A stretch of DNA of 64,000 nucleotides from Candidatus Thorarchaeota archaeon (GCA_018238375.1 JABCTJ010000008.1:5-64004); one strand, 5' to 3'. Shown: positions 44,183-53,947, numbered from the stretch's first letter. Numbers and translations: made by a program. The notes: generated from the letters alone by a model not told the origin.

Positions 44183-46234
44183 GTGATTCAGACATGCTGC
44201 TTCGTGCTAGATCAAGAAAAACACAGGCAAATGGAACTCAAAACACAAATTGAGGAGGAATCTATCTTGAGAAACAGTGCAGTTCCCTTGCTGATTGTTC
44301 TGGCTGCCATTTTTCTTCTATTCGCATGCAGCATGCCTACCGTTTCCGCTGAAGGCGAAGTTGTTGTTTCCAGAGGGGAAACCATAACCATTACTGCTCA
44401 GTTGCTGCAAAATGGAACCTATGGCGATCCAGTTGTCCACCAGAGGATAGAATTCTTTGACCAGACCCACGATTCGTTTCTTGGTTCCAACATGACCGAT
44501 TCAAATGGCTTTGCACACATCGATTGGCTTCTCCCCTTCGGACATCCATTGGGTTTCATGATGATTAACGCAACTTTTCGCGGCAATCAATCGCTGTCAC
44601 TCTCGCCTTCTTGCCAGTGGATGCCGCTTACAGTTGTTTCATCGACAACAATGGAGATTCAAGTCGAGGACAGTGACTTGGCACCAGGCGACAATCTATC
44701 TCTCATAGTCCGCCTGCTTGACGATATGAACGAACCACTTTCAAGTGCCTTTCTTATGATAATCAGTGATTCCTTATTACTTGACTCTGGCATTACCAAT
44801 GACACCGGCTATGTTAGTTTCTCCTTACACTGCAACACTTCTTGGGCACAGCTGGGTGCGAATACTATTACTGTCATCTATGAACGGAACTTGGTACTTT
44901 TTCAAGAAGGCGCAGAGTCATCCTTTTCCGTGACAATAGAGCAGATTGCAACCCTTATTGAACACGATAACGCATTATCTGATACTGTTACCTTGAATGA
45001 CTCGATTGCTCTATCCATCACGCTTTGGGCCAGCGACGAAACATTGCCAAGTTTCCCCATGATGGTATCGCTTGATGGCACAACGCAGTCCTCAATAACG
45101 ACCAACGGGTCGGGCATAGCAACTTTTGATTTACAAATTGATGAGGCAATCTCTCTGAACAATCACACACTAACAATTGAATACATGGGAACTGACCGGT
45201 ACAGCACTTCAATTCTCCAAATTCACTTTGTTGTCACAAGCCCTGCACTGATGGAAGTACTCTTGCCAGAGTACATTATCACGGGGGCTGAAATTGAAAT
45301 CTCAGTTATGGTGCACGACATTCTAAATCGATCGATTCTCAATGCATCCATTACAATTCTCGATACACTAACTGAAGAAGCAGTTACAAAACCCATGACT
45401 GGTAGCAACAACCCAACACTGCTTCTTCTACCTATAACAGGATCTAGAGGAAACAGAGAGTTCATTGTAATTGTCAATGAGGCACCATGCATCACAAACG
45501 GAACTCTCCGATTCAGTGAAGCAGTATGGTTCCGTCCTACATTGTCACTGAATCAGAGCAACATTATGGGATTTGCATCCCCCCGACAGGAGATATTACT
45601 TACAGTTCATCTTATCAACGATAATACCAACTACTCCAACAAACTAATGGAAGTCTACTCGATTGATAATACTCTCGTCGCACAGTCGATGACCAATCAG
45701 GACGGCACCGCAACCATGGCTTTCATGGCACCTTCCAGTGAAGGCCACTTTGCTTTTCTAATAACATGCAGCGGAAATGAGTCAGCGTACGAACTGTCAG
45801 TTATCCTAGAGTATAGTTTCACTGTAGCTAAAATGATACCAGTCATAATTACTTTAGAGTACTATGAGATAGTACCAGAGCTTAAGGCGATACACGTTCA
45901 GCTTGCTATTCAAGCGCTGAATGGGTCTCTACTGAGAAGCATTCCAATAAGTTACGTATGGCTCTCAGCTCATATGGAAATAGGCAGCAGTAACGATGGT
46001 TTCATCAATCTGCAGCTAATGATTCCATTTGCATCGGGTAGCTATCTTCTATCGTACGAATCGGAAGCGTCGGATTCCCTTCAGTCATACGCAGGATCAG
46101 CTGTAATTGTGATTGAAGATGCCGATATTTTGGCAGCTCAAGGCGTCGGAATAATTGGTCTAGCTATTGGTTTTTGCCTGTCAATTGGCCTAGTTAGCAT
46201 TCCATTAATCAGGCGTCGGCATATGTTAGCTTGA
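44183..46234 (+). CDS. Large secreted, C-terminally membrane-anchored surface protein rich in N-glycosylation sequons
   Basis: A Sec-type signal (LLIVLAAIFLLFACSMPTVSA-EG), many N-x-S/T sites (NGT, NMT, NAT, NQS, NLS, NDT, NTS...) and a C-terminal TM plus basic tail (GIIGLAIGFCLSIGLVSIPLIRRRH). The probable true start is Met17 (44231). Confidence 0.65.
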   Translation: MIQTCCFVLDQEKHRQMELKTQIEEESILRNSAVPLLIVLAAIFLLFACSMPTVSAEGEVVVSRGETITITAQLLQNGTYGDPVVHQRIEFFDQTHDSFLGSNMTDSNGFAHIDWLLPFGHPLGFMMINATFRGNQSLSLSPSCQWMPLTVVSSTTMEIQVEDSDLAPGDNLSLIVRLLDDMNEPLSSAFLMIISDSLLLDSGITNDTGYVSFSLHCNTSWAQLGANTITVIYERNLVLFQEGAESSFSVTIEQIATLIEHDNALSDTVTLNDSIALSITLWASDETLPSFPMMVSLDGTTQSSITTNGSGIATFDLQIDEAISLNNHTLTIEYMGTDRYSTSILQIHFVVTSPALMEVLLPEYIITGAEIEISVMVHDILNRSILNASITILDTLTEEAVTKPMTGSNNPTLLLLPITGSRGNREFIVIVNEAPCITNGTLRFSEAVWFRPTLSLNQSNIMGFASPRQEILLTVHLINDNTNYSNKLMEVYSIDNTLVAQSMTNQDGTATMAFMAPSSEGHFAFLITCSGNESAYELSVILEYSFTVAKMIPVIITLEYYEIVPELKAIHVQLAIQALNGSLLRSIPISYVWLSAHMEIGSSNDGFINLQLMIPFASGSYLLSYESEASDSLQSYAGSAVIVIEDADILAAQGVGIIGLAIGFCLSIGLVSIPLIRRRHMLA

Positions 46235-46244
46235 GAGAAATAGG

Positions 46245-46322
46245 TGGTGCTCCGGCCGGGATTTGAACCCGGGTCGGGGGATCGAGAGTCCCCTATGCTG
46301 GGCCGGACTACACTACCGGAGC
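46245..46322 (-). tRNA. tRNA-Glu (anticodon CTC), CCA encoded
   Basis: The minus strand reads GCTCCGG-TA-GTGT..-GGGGA-CTCTCGA-TCCCC-..-CCGGG-TTCAAAT-CCCGG-CCGGAGC-A-CCA. Confidence 0.9.
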
Positions 46323-46485
46323 CATCCTAGTCGAGTCCGAAGCGCGAAACCTCTCCAACTATAAATAAGGCTTTCCCACGAACTGAAGCATTTTCATTCT
46401 GAAATACAATTCTTGCTGTGTATCTGATGCGGGCTGAAACAGATCGCGTAGCTCCATGGAAGCGGTGCAGTTAGACAAGTGAAAT

Positions 46486-46692
46486 TTACGGGACCAGCCC
46501 AGTAAAATCACTCCAGCTATTCTCCAAAAGCTGAAGAAGGTTGGTGACTACATCTTGAGCCCAACCAGTGGCTTGCAGGATTACTGCAATTACTATAGAA
46601 ACAGTAACTACTGCTATACCTAGTAGTAAGCTCTCTTCTACTAATGGACCCGCGTGATTATCATGAAGGAGATCAGCATTATCAACCATCAA
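46486..46692 (-). CDS. Minimal type-IV-pilin-like (Flp/class-III-signal-peptide-like) protein
   Basis: 68 aa. ..NHAG-PLVEESLLLGIAVVTVSIVIAVIL gives a Gly at -1, Glu at +4/+5 and a hydrophobic helix of about 20 aa. It lies directly downstream of a secretion-type ATPase. Confidence 0.5.
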   Translation of the reverse strand: MMVDNADLLHDNHAGPLVEESLLLGIAVVTVSIVIAVILQATGWAQDVVTNLLQLLENSWSDFTGLVP

Positions 46693-46780
46693 CTAACACC
46701 TAGCTACTAACCTCTCTGAGTGCTATTTTAACTCCTTCAAGAACTCACATCTACTGAAGATTATCCTACCCTAGATGAAT

Positions 46781-48490
46781 CTAAATCATATCGTGCTCAA
46801 CGCACCACAATTCTTCGACCAATGAGGTTACTGAGTCAATAGCAGCTTCCTCAAGCGCGAATATGAGGCCTTCTGTCGCTTTCTCGAACACCTGGGTATA
46901 ATCCTTACAACTAACAATCTGTGCACGTAGTCTGAATGCCCCGTCCTTGACCCACCTTCCGACCTCAGCTCCTGGATTTCGCAAATCAAAGACCTTGTTA
47001 AGTCCCACAAAGACCACGCCGCGATGGTCAATATCTCTTCTTACTTCAACAATTTCCCTCACATGACGTCTAGACTGTCCAGGCACTGGTCTGTCAAGTG
47101 TAACTATGACATCCATCAAAGCAATGCTAGATGAATCAACTTGGTGTCCTATTGTCCAACGAGACATAAGACTTGCTGCAGAGTCGCTGTGACACGTCTG
47201 AATTGTACGAAGTCCTGCTGCCACCGCTTGAAACAACGCCTGGCTGTGTTCAGCTGTCTGAATCTCACCTAGAATCAGATAATCAGGGGATCGATGCAAG
47301 CTCTTCACTATCTCAATGCTCTTGTCAGATTGTCTACTTCTCTCGTCCACTGGATCAACTTTTATCCTGACCTGATGGTGCCCTTCAATCAACCTACTCT
47401 CAATAGCATCCTCGATGTAGATTTTTCTCCAAGTGATTGGTGTAACCATATCCAATGCATTCAACAAAGTAGTCTTACCAGAACCTGGTCCTCCAGTGAT
47501 AGTGATGTTGAAACGTCCAGCTATGGCAACAAGTAGTGTTGCTGCTGCGTTAACTGTCAATGTACCAATACGTATCAAATCCAAGATTGTGAATGGACTA
47601 GATCGGGCTCTTCGAATTTCAAGGTGCAGACCGTCTGGACTTAATGGTGGCACACATGCAGAAAAACGAAGATTCGTGCCGGCTATTCTCATGTCGGTTT
47701 TTAATGAAGGATTTGCTCGGTCTAGATGTAAATTACTCTCTGCTCGCATCAGTGTAACAAGGCGTGACACCATCTTATCGGTCAGAATGAAATTTGAATG
47801 ACATCGCCCAAATCTCTGATGATCAAAATATAGCGCTGCTTCTGGCCTGTCCAGAAAGACTTCTTCAACTTCATCGTCCAGCAACAATGAGAAGAACAAT
47901 CCCAATACAGTCATTCTATGAGCAACAACATCTGAAATCCTCCCTTTGGTTGATTCACTTATTTCAGGAAGTGACTCGGCGATGCTTGATGAAACTTGGG
48001 ATGACGCGGCACTGACTCTCTCAGAAATACTAACTCTAAAATCCAAATGGCTGTTTGTAAGATACCTAGTCTTGTTAGATAATTCATCTAGAAGAGCAAG
48101 TTCAAGAGATGTTCTAACTAATGGATATGACCTATACATAATCTGATTCTTTCCTTGCAGAAAGAACACAGCTAGATATGGCCCAACTATGTAGGCGTCA
48201 ACGACATTTTGAAGACTTGGTTCATTTTCGCCTATGTAGATAGACTCCCAGCCTTCAGCATGCCAAGGGGGTTCCAGTGAGAGCCCTACGTTGTGTCCTC
48301 CAAGATGGATAAGCTTCTTTTCAGTTTCTAGAAGAATTGCCCTTGCTTGATGATTTGAGGTACCATGTAGAGATTCAAGCTTAGCACATATTGGAGCCGA
48401 AAAGTAGCGACAGCCGCTGCATCGCGTACTAGGACATTCTACAACGAGTACATCACGACTAGTCATCAAAAGACACATCCTACAACTCAT
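46781..48490 (-). CDS. Type II/IV secretion-system ATPase (TadA/CpaF/VirB11/FlaI family)
   Basis: 569 aa. DDEVEEVFLDRP...YFDH, Walker A ITGGPGSGKTTLLNAL, IYIEDAIE, RSPDYLILGEIQTAEH and TCHSDSA. The N-terminus is Cys-rich. Confidence 0.8.
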   Translation of the reverse strand: MSCRMCLLMTSRDVLVVECPSTRCSGCRYFSAPICAKLESLHGTSNHQARAILLETEKKLIHLGGHNVGLSLEPPWHAEGWESIYIGENEPSLQNVVDAYIVGPYLAVFFLQGKNQIMYRSYPLVRTSLELALLDELSNKTRYLTNSHLDFRVSISERVSAASSQVSSSIAESLPEISESTKGRISDVVAHRMTVLGLFFSLLLDDEVEEVFLDRPEAALYFDHQRFGRCHSNFILTDKMVSRLVTLMRAESNLHLDRANPSLKTDMRIAGTNLRFSACVPPLSPDGLHLEIRRARSSPFTILDLIRIGTLTVNAAATLLVAIAGRFNITITGGPGSGKTTLLNALDMVTPITWRKIYIEDAIESRLIEGHHQVRIKVDPVDERSRQSDKSIEIVKSLHRSPDYLILGEIQTAEHSQALFQAVAAGLRTIQTCHSDSAASLMSRWTIGHQVDSSSIALMDVIVTLDRPVPGQSRRHVREIVEVRRDIDHRGVVFVGLNKVFDLRNPGAEVGRWVKDGAFRLRAQIVSCKDYTQVFEKATEGLIFALEEAAIDSVTSLVEELWCVEHDMI

Positions 48491-48643
48491 CAGCCGAATA
48501 GTATCTTCTTTGTTGGAGATTTAAGCACCCAGCCGAGATGACATCTGCCCTTACTCAGCGTCACTAATCCATTCACTAATATCACCGTTTGCCGCCGATA
48601 GCACACTACTCAACAGGGTTAGTTCAAATTCACGCTGACGTTT

Positions 48644-49702
48644 CTAGGCTGTTTTTTCTATAGGTTGAATGAGCTTCTTCATCATACCAAAGTGATCACG
48701 AATACTGTATTCAGCAACCTGTGTTGCTATCGACGCAAGCTTCTGAGTCAATACCGCCCGTTTACCATATTCATTGGCAATTAACCGATCGCCAGCGTAG
48801 GCTGCTGATACGGTAAAGATGAATGGATTCCGCCCCCCACGTTTCGATGCAGGAATCGCCTCAAGAACTTCAAAGATTCTATCTCTAAGGGCACTCTCAT
48901 AGGCCTTCGAGTCCCATCCACGAAGCTTCACCTTACCTATGACTCTCTGATTATTCATTAACATTGACAGAACTCTGGGCACATAGTCCCTTGGCTTGCG
49001 AATCTGAGGAGCATATCCTATCATCGACTTGAGTCTAAGTGCTTCTCTGACAATTGATCTTACGCTCACTCTATGTCCACATTTCTCGAAAACATCAGCA
49101 ATCTCTTCAAGTGTTATCGGTGCGCCATCTTTGAATTCCCTCACTGCCATCAAGAGGCATACTGCCATAAGCAGAATGTTGTTAGTCACTTTAGGAGATT
49201 CCGAAACCACCTTCTTGTATAGGTATGCAGTGCGATCGCGCACTTGCTCATTCAGCATCAACAGCTTTGACACATGATTCAGTGTTCTAAGAGCACGATA
49301 CTTCGCCTCACTCGTTCCAATTCGCACTTGAGTACTGTATCTACTCTTCAGGCGCTTGAACCTTTTCTGGCTTGCTGCAGATAGTGAACGGCCATTTACA
49401 TCGCGAAAATACCAGTCCTTGTGAAACCCTATGTAACTACCAAGCCCATCAACAATATGCATCCTATTACCGAGAGAAACGTACATGGTTGCATCAGGAG
49501 CATCACCACGCTTAGGCTCCCCCATCTGATATGTGGGATTGACATACTTTCTCGAGATTGCAATGCCGCATTCAGAACATACTATGTATCCTTGACTGTG
49601 TAGCAATCGCCCACGACAATCAGGACAAGACCAAGACATCAAACTCGATGATTCAATCATTCTACCAGTCAATAACCACACCCGTATCGAATCAAACATC
49701 AA
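48644..49702 (-). CDS. tfb: TFIIB/TFB-family transcription initiation factor, divergent paralog
   Basis: An N-terminal zinc ribbon (CPDCRG..x..CSECG) and two cyclin-like repeats (LNEQVRDRTAYLYKKV..., LLMAVCLLMAVREF..APITLEEIADVF). The start is uncertain among several N-terminal Mets. Confidence 0.7.
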   Translation of the reverse strand: MMFDSIRVWLLTGRMIESSSLMSWSCPDCRGRLLHSQGYIVCSECGIAISRKYVNPTYQMGEPKRGDAPDATMYVSLGNRMHIVDGLGSYIGFHKDWYFRDVNGRSLSAASQKRFKRLKSRYSTQVRIGTSEAKYRALRTLNHVSKLLMLNEQVRDRTAYLYKKVVSESPKVTNNILLMAVCLLMAVREFKDGAPITLEEIADVFEKCGHRVSVRSIVREALRLKSMIGYAPQIRKPRDYVPRVLSMLMNNQRVIGKVKLRGWDSKAYESALRDRIFEVLEAIPASKRGGRNPFIFTVSAAYAGDRLIANEYGKRAVLTQKLASIATQVAEYSIRDHFGMMKKLIQPIEKTA

Positions 49703-49904
49703 CTCATAACTGCGTTTCAGGGGGGTTCAATACGTTCACAGGAACTATTCATTTACTCGAATGGACTTGCATAGAGGCAGAGTAGTTACTGATGGCCTCC
49801 TCAGAATGAGAGTTCACCGAAACTATTCAGCGCTGTCACTTCCACCTGCTAGAAATTTCCTGACGAGGGACTTGAAAGCCCCATTTCGTTACAGTACCAG
49901 ATCG

Positions 49905-50270
49905 TTATGAGAGCATCAAATAGAATTTGTCAGCAGCAAACATTTTCTTCTTCGCTGGCGTTGGGTTGGCAATGGTAAGGACAACCCTCAAACCGCCTAT
50001 CGCTCCCACCATCTCTAAGTCACCATTCCCTCCAATCTTGAAGATATCGCCCTCTGCATAGAGCTTGCTCTTGTCCCCACTCGCAATTGGTTTGGAATCG
50101 ACAACTACCACGATGCCATCACGCACATTCATTTTGTCACAAAGTGCTTCTGGAAGTTCCAATGTCAATTTGGCTCCTTCAGCCTTGGAAGCAATTCTCA
50201 GAAGCTTCAATCTTTTTATTTCTGTGTCTTCAATTGCATCGATTGTAGCATTCCTTAACCTGATGACCAT
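49905..50270 (-). CDS. RNA polymerase subunit Rpo8 (Rpb8/RpoG-like)
   Basis: 121 aa. The C-terminal half (YAEGDIFKIGG..LEMVGAIGGLRVVLTI......DKFYLMLS) parallels the eukaryotic Rpb8 C-terminus (..YGxxYK...SFGGLLMRLxG......YLLIRR) from memory. Confidence 0.55.
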   Translation of the reverse strand: MVIRLRNATIDAIEDTEIKRLKLLRIASKAEGAKLTLELPEALCDKMNVRDGIVVVVDSKPIASGDKSKLYAEGDIFKIGGNGDLEMVGAIGGLRVVLTIANPTPAKKKMFAADKFYLMLS

Positions 50271-50391
50271 CGCTTACTGCACTCCGTGTTCCTTCAGTGT
50301 AGCACTGCTGCTGAGCGGTCTTGAATTAAACCTGTCGCTATATCAAGTGCTGTTTTTTAGGCAACATAATGACTGATGTTTGGTGTGATGA

Positions 50392-53046
50392 TTGAATCGA
50401 AACGCACTGGTAATAGTTGCAATCGCAGTGTTCATCACCTTTGGTCTGATATCGCCAGTTAGCGCCTTTTACTTCGAGTTTGATTACTTCGAAACCGATA
50501 TGCTAACATACGAGGTTGGCGAAGCTATTCACATGGTGGCTAAGATCACTGCTGATTTCGGCGAGGATGGATGGTGCTACGTTTCTTTCGCAATAGTTAC
50601 AGACTTAGGGCCAGTCTTTGATGACGACTATTTCATACCGCCATCACCTGACACTAGAATTCTTCTCTCCTCATACATAATCCAGCCTGAGCATACGTTC
50701 CCAGGCGTCAATGGGACTAGTGGCTTTGTAATTTTTAATATCGAAGCCTTCGATGGCTATTCCCAAGGAGCCAGTGAAATCATAGAGATTAACATAACTA
50801 GGGGGCCACTAACAGCATATGCGCTGGAACCACTATCTGTCCCCTATGGCACAGACAAGAGCTTCGATCTTGGGATTGTGAGCGCACATAACAGCAACAT
50901 AACTCTCTCGAATAGTCCAGTTTCCATAGATATCTATAACGCGGATAGCGAATTAGTTGTGCACTCAAATGACACGACAGACAATAACGGTGTAGTCACA
51001 GTGAACTGGAACTCATCGTTAGGACCACCTGGGGACTACAATCTCACTGTTTCGTGTAATGGCACCGATTCATTCCATCCACTTTCAGAATCTCTCACAC
51101 TCACTGTTCAACTCCCAGAATCTAGCCTGATTGTTGCTTCGTATTCTGACTCAGTACACTGTCAGTCACACGATGGGAGCCATGTTGACTTGGCTGATTT
51201 GCGTGTGAAACATCTTAATCATCTCTCAGAGCCGATAAATGATAGTATGGTTAGATGGAATACTGAATTTGCAAACGGAAATATAACTAGCCTAGGAAAC
51301 GGTACATACAGTTCCACAATTGCTTTTGCAGTAGATCCTGGTTTCTATCGGGTAAATGTAACTGCAACTAACCCCTCGTATCAAGTAGCTCCAACTTCTG
51401 TATTGATTGCCGCCATCCAACGAGATGTGATTGTCAATGTCGAGAGTGCACAGCCTGCCATATGTGGACAGTCAATTACCATTGAAATTATCGTGACAGA
51501 CCAGGCAGTCAATACTACAATCAGCGCGATTCCACTATCTGTTAGTCTTACAATCGGAAACAGCACAGAAATCATAACCCAAGGGGCGACTAATGAATCC
51601 GGTTGCTTCAGGCATTCCTTCCTGATTCCAGAAACAAGCTGGGGCATAGGAATAATCTCAGTTCAAACAAATGAAACAACTCACTACGTCCAGATGAACT
51701 ACCAGGAACCACTAATTGTTTCATTCATCCCAGAGGTAACCCATGAAATATTGTTTCCTTCCGTTCTTGGCTATGAAGCTGCACTATTACTACATCTGAC
51801 AGACCCACTGGATGCTGACGTTGGAAGCATTTCTGTCGAACTACTCAATTCTTCGGGCTATGTATTGGCAACCGGTACGAGCGATATGATTGGTCTGATT
51901 CTGCTGCAATGGCACACGACTTCAGGAACACAAGTAGGACTAGCGAACTATTCATTAGTCATTCTTGACGAGCCTTCGAAGCATGTCTGTGAAACAACAC
52001 AGCTCCTTGAATTCATGACGTACTATCCTCTTACATTCTCTTCTGTCCATACAACATGGAACGCTGTGCGTGGTCAAACTGCAACTGTCAATTTCTTGAT
52101 AGAGTCCGAATGGGCTTTCCAACAGACCATTGGGATATCTCTTCTAGATGGCGAACACCATCTCTCCACAACTGAAATCATCCTAACTGATACGATTGTG
52201 AACATCACATTTACAATGGATCACAATGTGATTCTCGGTATACATACAATTACTGTAAGCATCAATGACACAAAATGCATCGCGATAGGGCCTTTTGATT
52301 TCGAACTATTTGTCTATGGAAGCATGGATGCAGATATCGTGGTTATGGAGGCATTCTATGGAGAAACCATCACCATGAGTCTAGATGTCCATGACGACAA
52401 TGGCAGCATCCCAAATTCGATTAATGTCAGTGTTTTTGTGGATCATATTGTAGATCCGTTCTTCGTATGGATGAATCTAAGTCCGAGCCTACTTGATTCG
52501 ATTCCGCTACCTCTTTGGATTAATCCTGGAGTTCACAACATCACATTCAAAGTGAGCAGTCCGTGGCTCGAAACCACTAACAGGTTTCTAGATGTTCACA
52601 TCTGGATGCGAACGAATCTGACACTCACAATATCAGTGGACGATTGCAGACAGGGCGACCAATCGAGTGTAGAATCGCTTGGTATTCAGACTGAAGCCAT
52701 CGCAGCAGCTATCTCATCAGGCTCAATCATAAGTCCGCCCCCAATCTTGTTGAGAGATACTACACCGACGGATTCGCCAACTGCACGCAATACTTCTCCT
52801 GCCAATTGCCCCAAGTTGAGCTCCGGCACGAGCAATCGCTCCACAGTATGGGCAAACTCCCTAATCTTCTTGTCTGGGAACGGCCAAAGAGTACGCAATC
52901 TTAGAGATCTTATTGAGCTTGCAGTGGTGTCAGTGGTCATGACTTCATCAACTGACCTAGAAGTACAGCCAAATGAAACAACACCCCATTCAGCTTCTGA
53001 GGGGCCAACAACAACAACATCATCTAAGAAATCGCGATTCTCCTGA
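50392..53046 (+). CDS. Large secreted sequon-rich surface protein; the last ~120 codons overlap korA antisense and may not be genuine
   Basis: TTG start. A Sec signal (ALVIVAIAVFITFGLISPVSA-F), repeated beta-rich segments and many N-x-S/T sites. No C-terminal anchor. Confidence 0.6.
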   Translation: MNRNALVIVAIAVFITFGLISPVSAFYFEFDYFETDMLTYEVGEAIHMVAKITADFGEDGWCYVSFAIVTDLGPVFDDDYFIPPSPDTRILLSSYIIQPEHTFPGVNGTSGFVIFNIEAFDGYSQGASEIIEINITRGPLTAYALEPLSVPYGTDKSFDLGIVSAHNSNITLSNSPVSIDIYNADSELVVHSNDTTDNNGVVTVNWNSSLGPPGDYNLTVSCNGTDSFHPLSESLTLTVQLPESSLIVASYSDSVHCQSHDGSHVDLADLRVKHLNHLSEPINDSMVRWNTEFANGNITSLGNGTYSSTIAFAVDPGFYRVNVTATNPSYQVAPTSVLIAAIQRDVIVNVESAQPAICGQSITIEIIVTDQAVNTTISAIPLSVSLTIGNSTEIITQGATNESGCFRHSFLIPETSWGIGIISVQTNETTHYVQMNYQEPLIVSFIPEVTHEILFPSVLGYEAALLLHLTDPLDADVGSISVELLNSSGYVLATGTSDMIGLILLQWHTTSGTQVGLANYSLVILDEPSKHVCETTQLLEFMTYYPLTFSSVHTTWNAVRGQTATVNFLIESEWAFQQTIGISLLDGEHHLSTTEIILTDTIVNITFTMDHNVILGIHTITVSINDTKCIAIGPFDFELFVYGSMDADIVVMEAFYGETITMSLDVHDDNGSIPNSINVSVFVDHIVDPFFVWMNLSPSLLDSIPLPLWINPGVHNITFKVSSPWLETTNRFLDVHIWMRTNLTLTISVDDCRQGDQSSVESLGIQTEAIAAAISSGSIISPPPILLRDTTPTDSPTARNTSPANCPKLSSGTSNRSTVWANSLIFLSGNGQRVRNLRDLIELAVVSVVMTSSTDLEVQPNETTPHSASEGPTTTTSSKKSRFS

Positions 53047-53819
53047 ATCTTCATTGCCAATCTGCGTACAAGTTCATCATGGACTCTGGGGTCAGCAGTC
53101 TTCCTGAAGCCATGTTCATCATGAGTGGAACCAGTAACAAGTAGATTGTGACCATCTCCAAACCTCGGCATCATTGATTTGCCCTCCTCGTCTACTGCTC
53201 CATACGGCAGATCACCGACTCTTGCTAGTCTTCTATTGATGGTAACGTTTTGGTTGGGATTCACAACCACTCTCTCTCGGGAATGTGCCACTACCTCATC
53301 AGAGAGGAGTATCACAGGATGCCGGAGGTGTTCTGATAACTCGAATGCTCTTACAGTAAGCTCGTAAGTTTCTTGAGCGGAGCTTGGTGCCAAGACAATG
53401 CTCTCATGGTCCCCGTGGGTTCCCCATCTGGCCTGCATGAAGTCGCCTTGGGCTGCTTTCGTAGCTTGTCCCGTACTAGGTCCAGCACGTTGCACGTTAA
53501 CAATTACACAGGGAGTTTCAGTCATAATGGCATATCCGATGCTTTCCTGCATCAGACTGAAACCAGGTCCCGAAGTGGCAGTCATTGTGAGCTTTCCACC
53601 CCACGAACTGCCAATGACTGCTGAAATCGCTCCAATCTCGTCCTCCATCTGGAGATAAACGCCTCCCACTTCTGGCAAACGGCGCGCCATTATTTCAGCA
53701 ATCTCCGAAGCAGGAGTTATCGGATAGCCTGCAAAAAATCTGCACCCTGCGGCAATTGCAGCTTCTGCACAGGCGTGGTTTCCTTGCCAGAAATTCACAG
53801 ACTGCTCTTGGGAAGACAT
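52686..53819 (-). CDS. korA: 2-oxoacid:ferredoxin oxidoreductase alpha subunit
   Basis: 377 aa. GNHACAEAAIAAGCRFFAGYPITPASEI, TSGPGFSLMQE and VNVQRAGPSTG. Confidence 0.88.
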   Translation of the reverse strand: MSSQEQSVNFWQGNHACAEAAIAAGCRFFAGYPITPASEIAEIMARRLPEVGGVYLQMEDEIGAISAVIGSSWGGKLTMTATSGPGFSLMQESIGYAIMTETPCVIVNVQRAGPSTGQATKAAQGDFMQARWGTHGDHESIVLAPSSAQETYELTVRAFELSEHLRHPVILLSDEVVAHSRERVVVNPNQNVTINRRLARVGDLPYGAVDEEGKSMMPRFGDGHNLLVTGSTHDEHGFRKTADPRVHDELVRRLAMKIQENRDFLDDVVVVGPSEAEWGVVSFGCTSRSVDEVMTTDTTASSIRSLRLRTLWPFPDKKIREFAHTVERLLVPELNLGQLAGEVLRAVGESVGVVSLNKIGGGLMIEPDEIAAAMASV

Positions 53820-53947
53820 ATGATCAATCTCAAGAATCCCAACTCCATGAACTCAAGATAAGGATATTCTTGCGGCACTTCTAGCGTCATATAGATTTCT
53901 TATGCCGATACCTTTTTTTCATCCTATGACACAATACGGGCTGCCAA

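Noticed and set aside
46452-46465. CTCCATGGAAGCGG near tRNA-Glu looks ORB-like.
   Set aside because: The dyad lacks the central nucleotide, there is no G-string, and there is no partner or AT-rich tract. It is probably chance.
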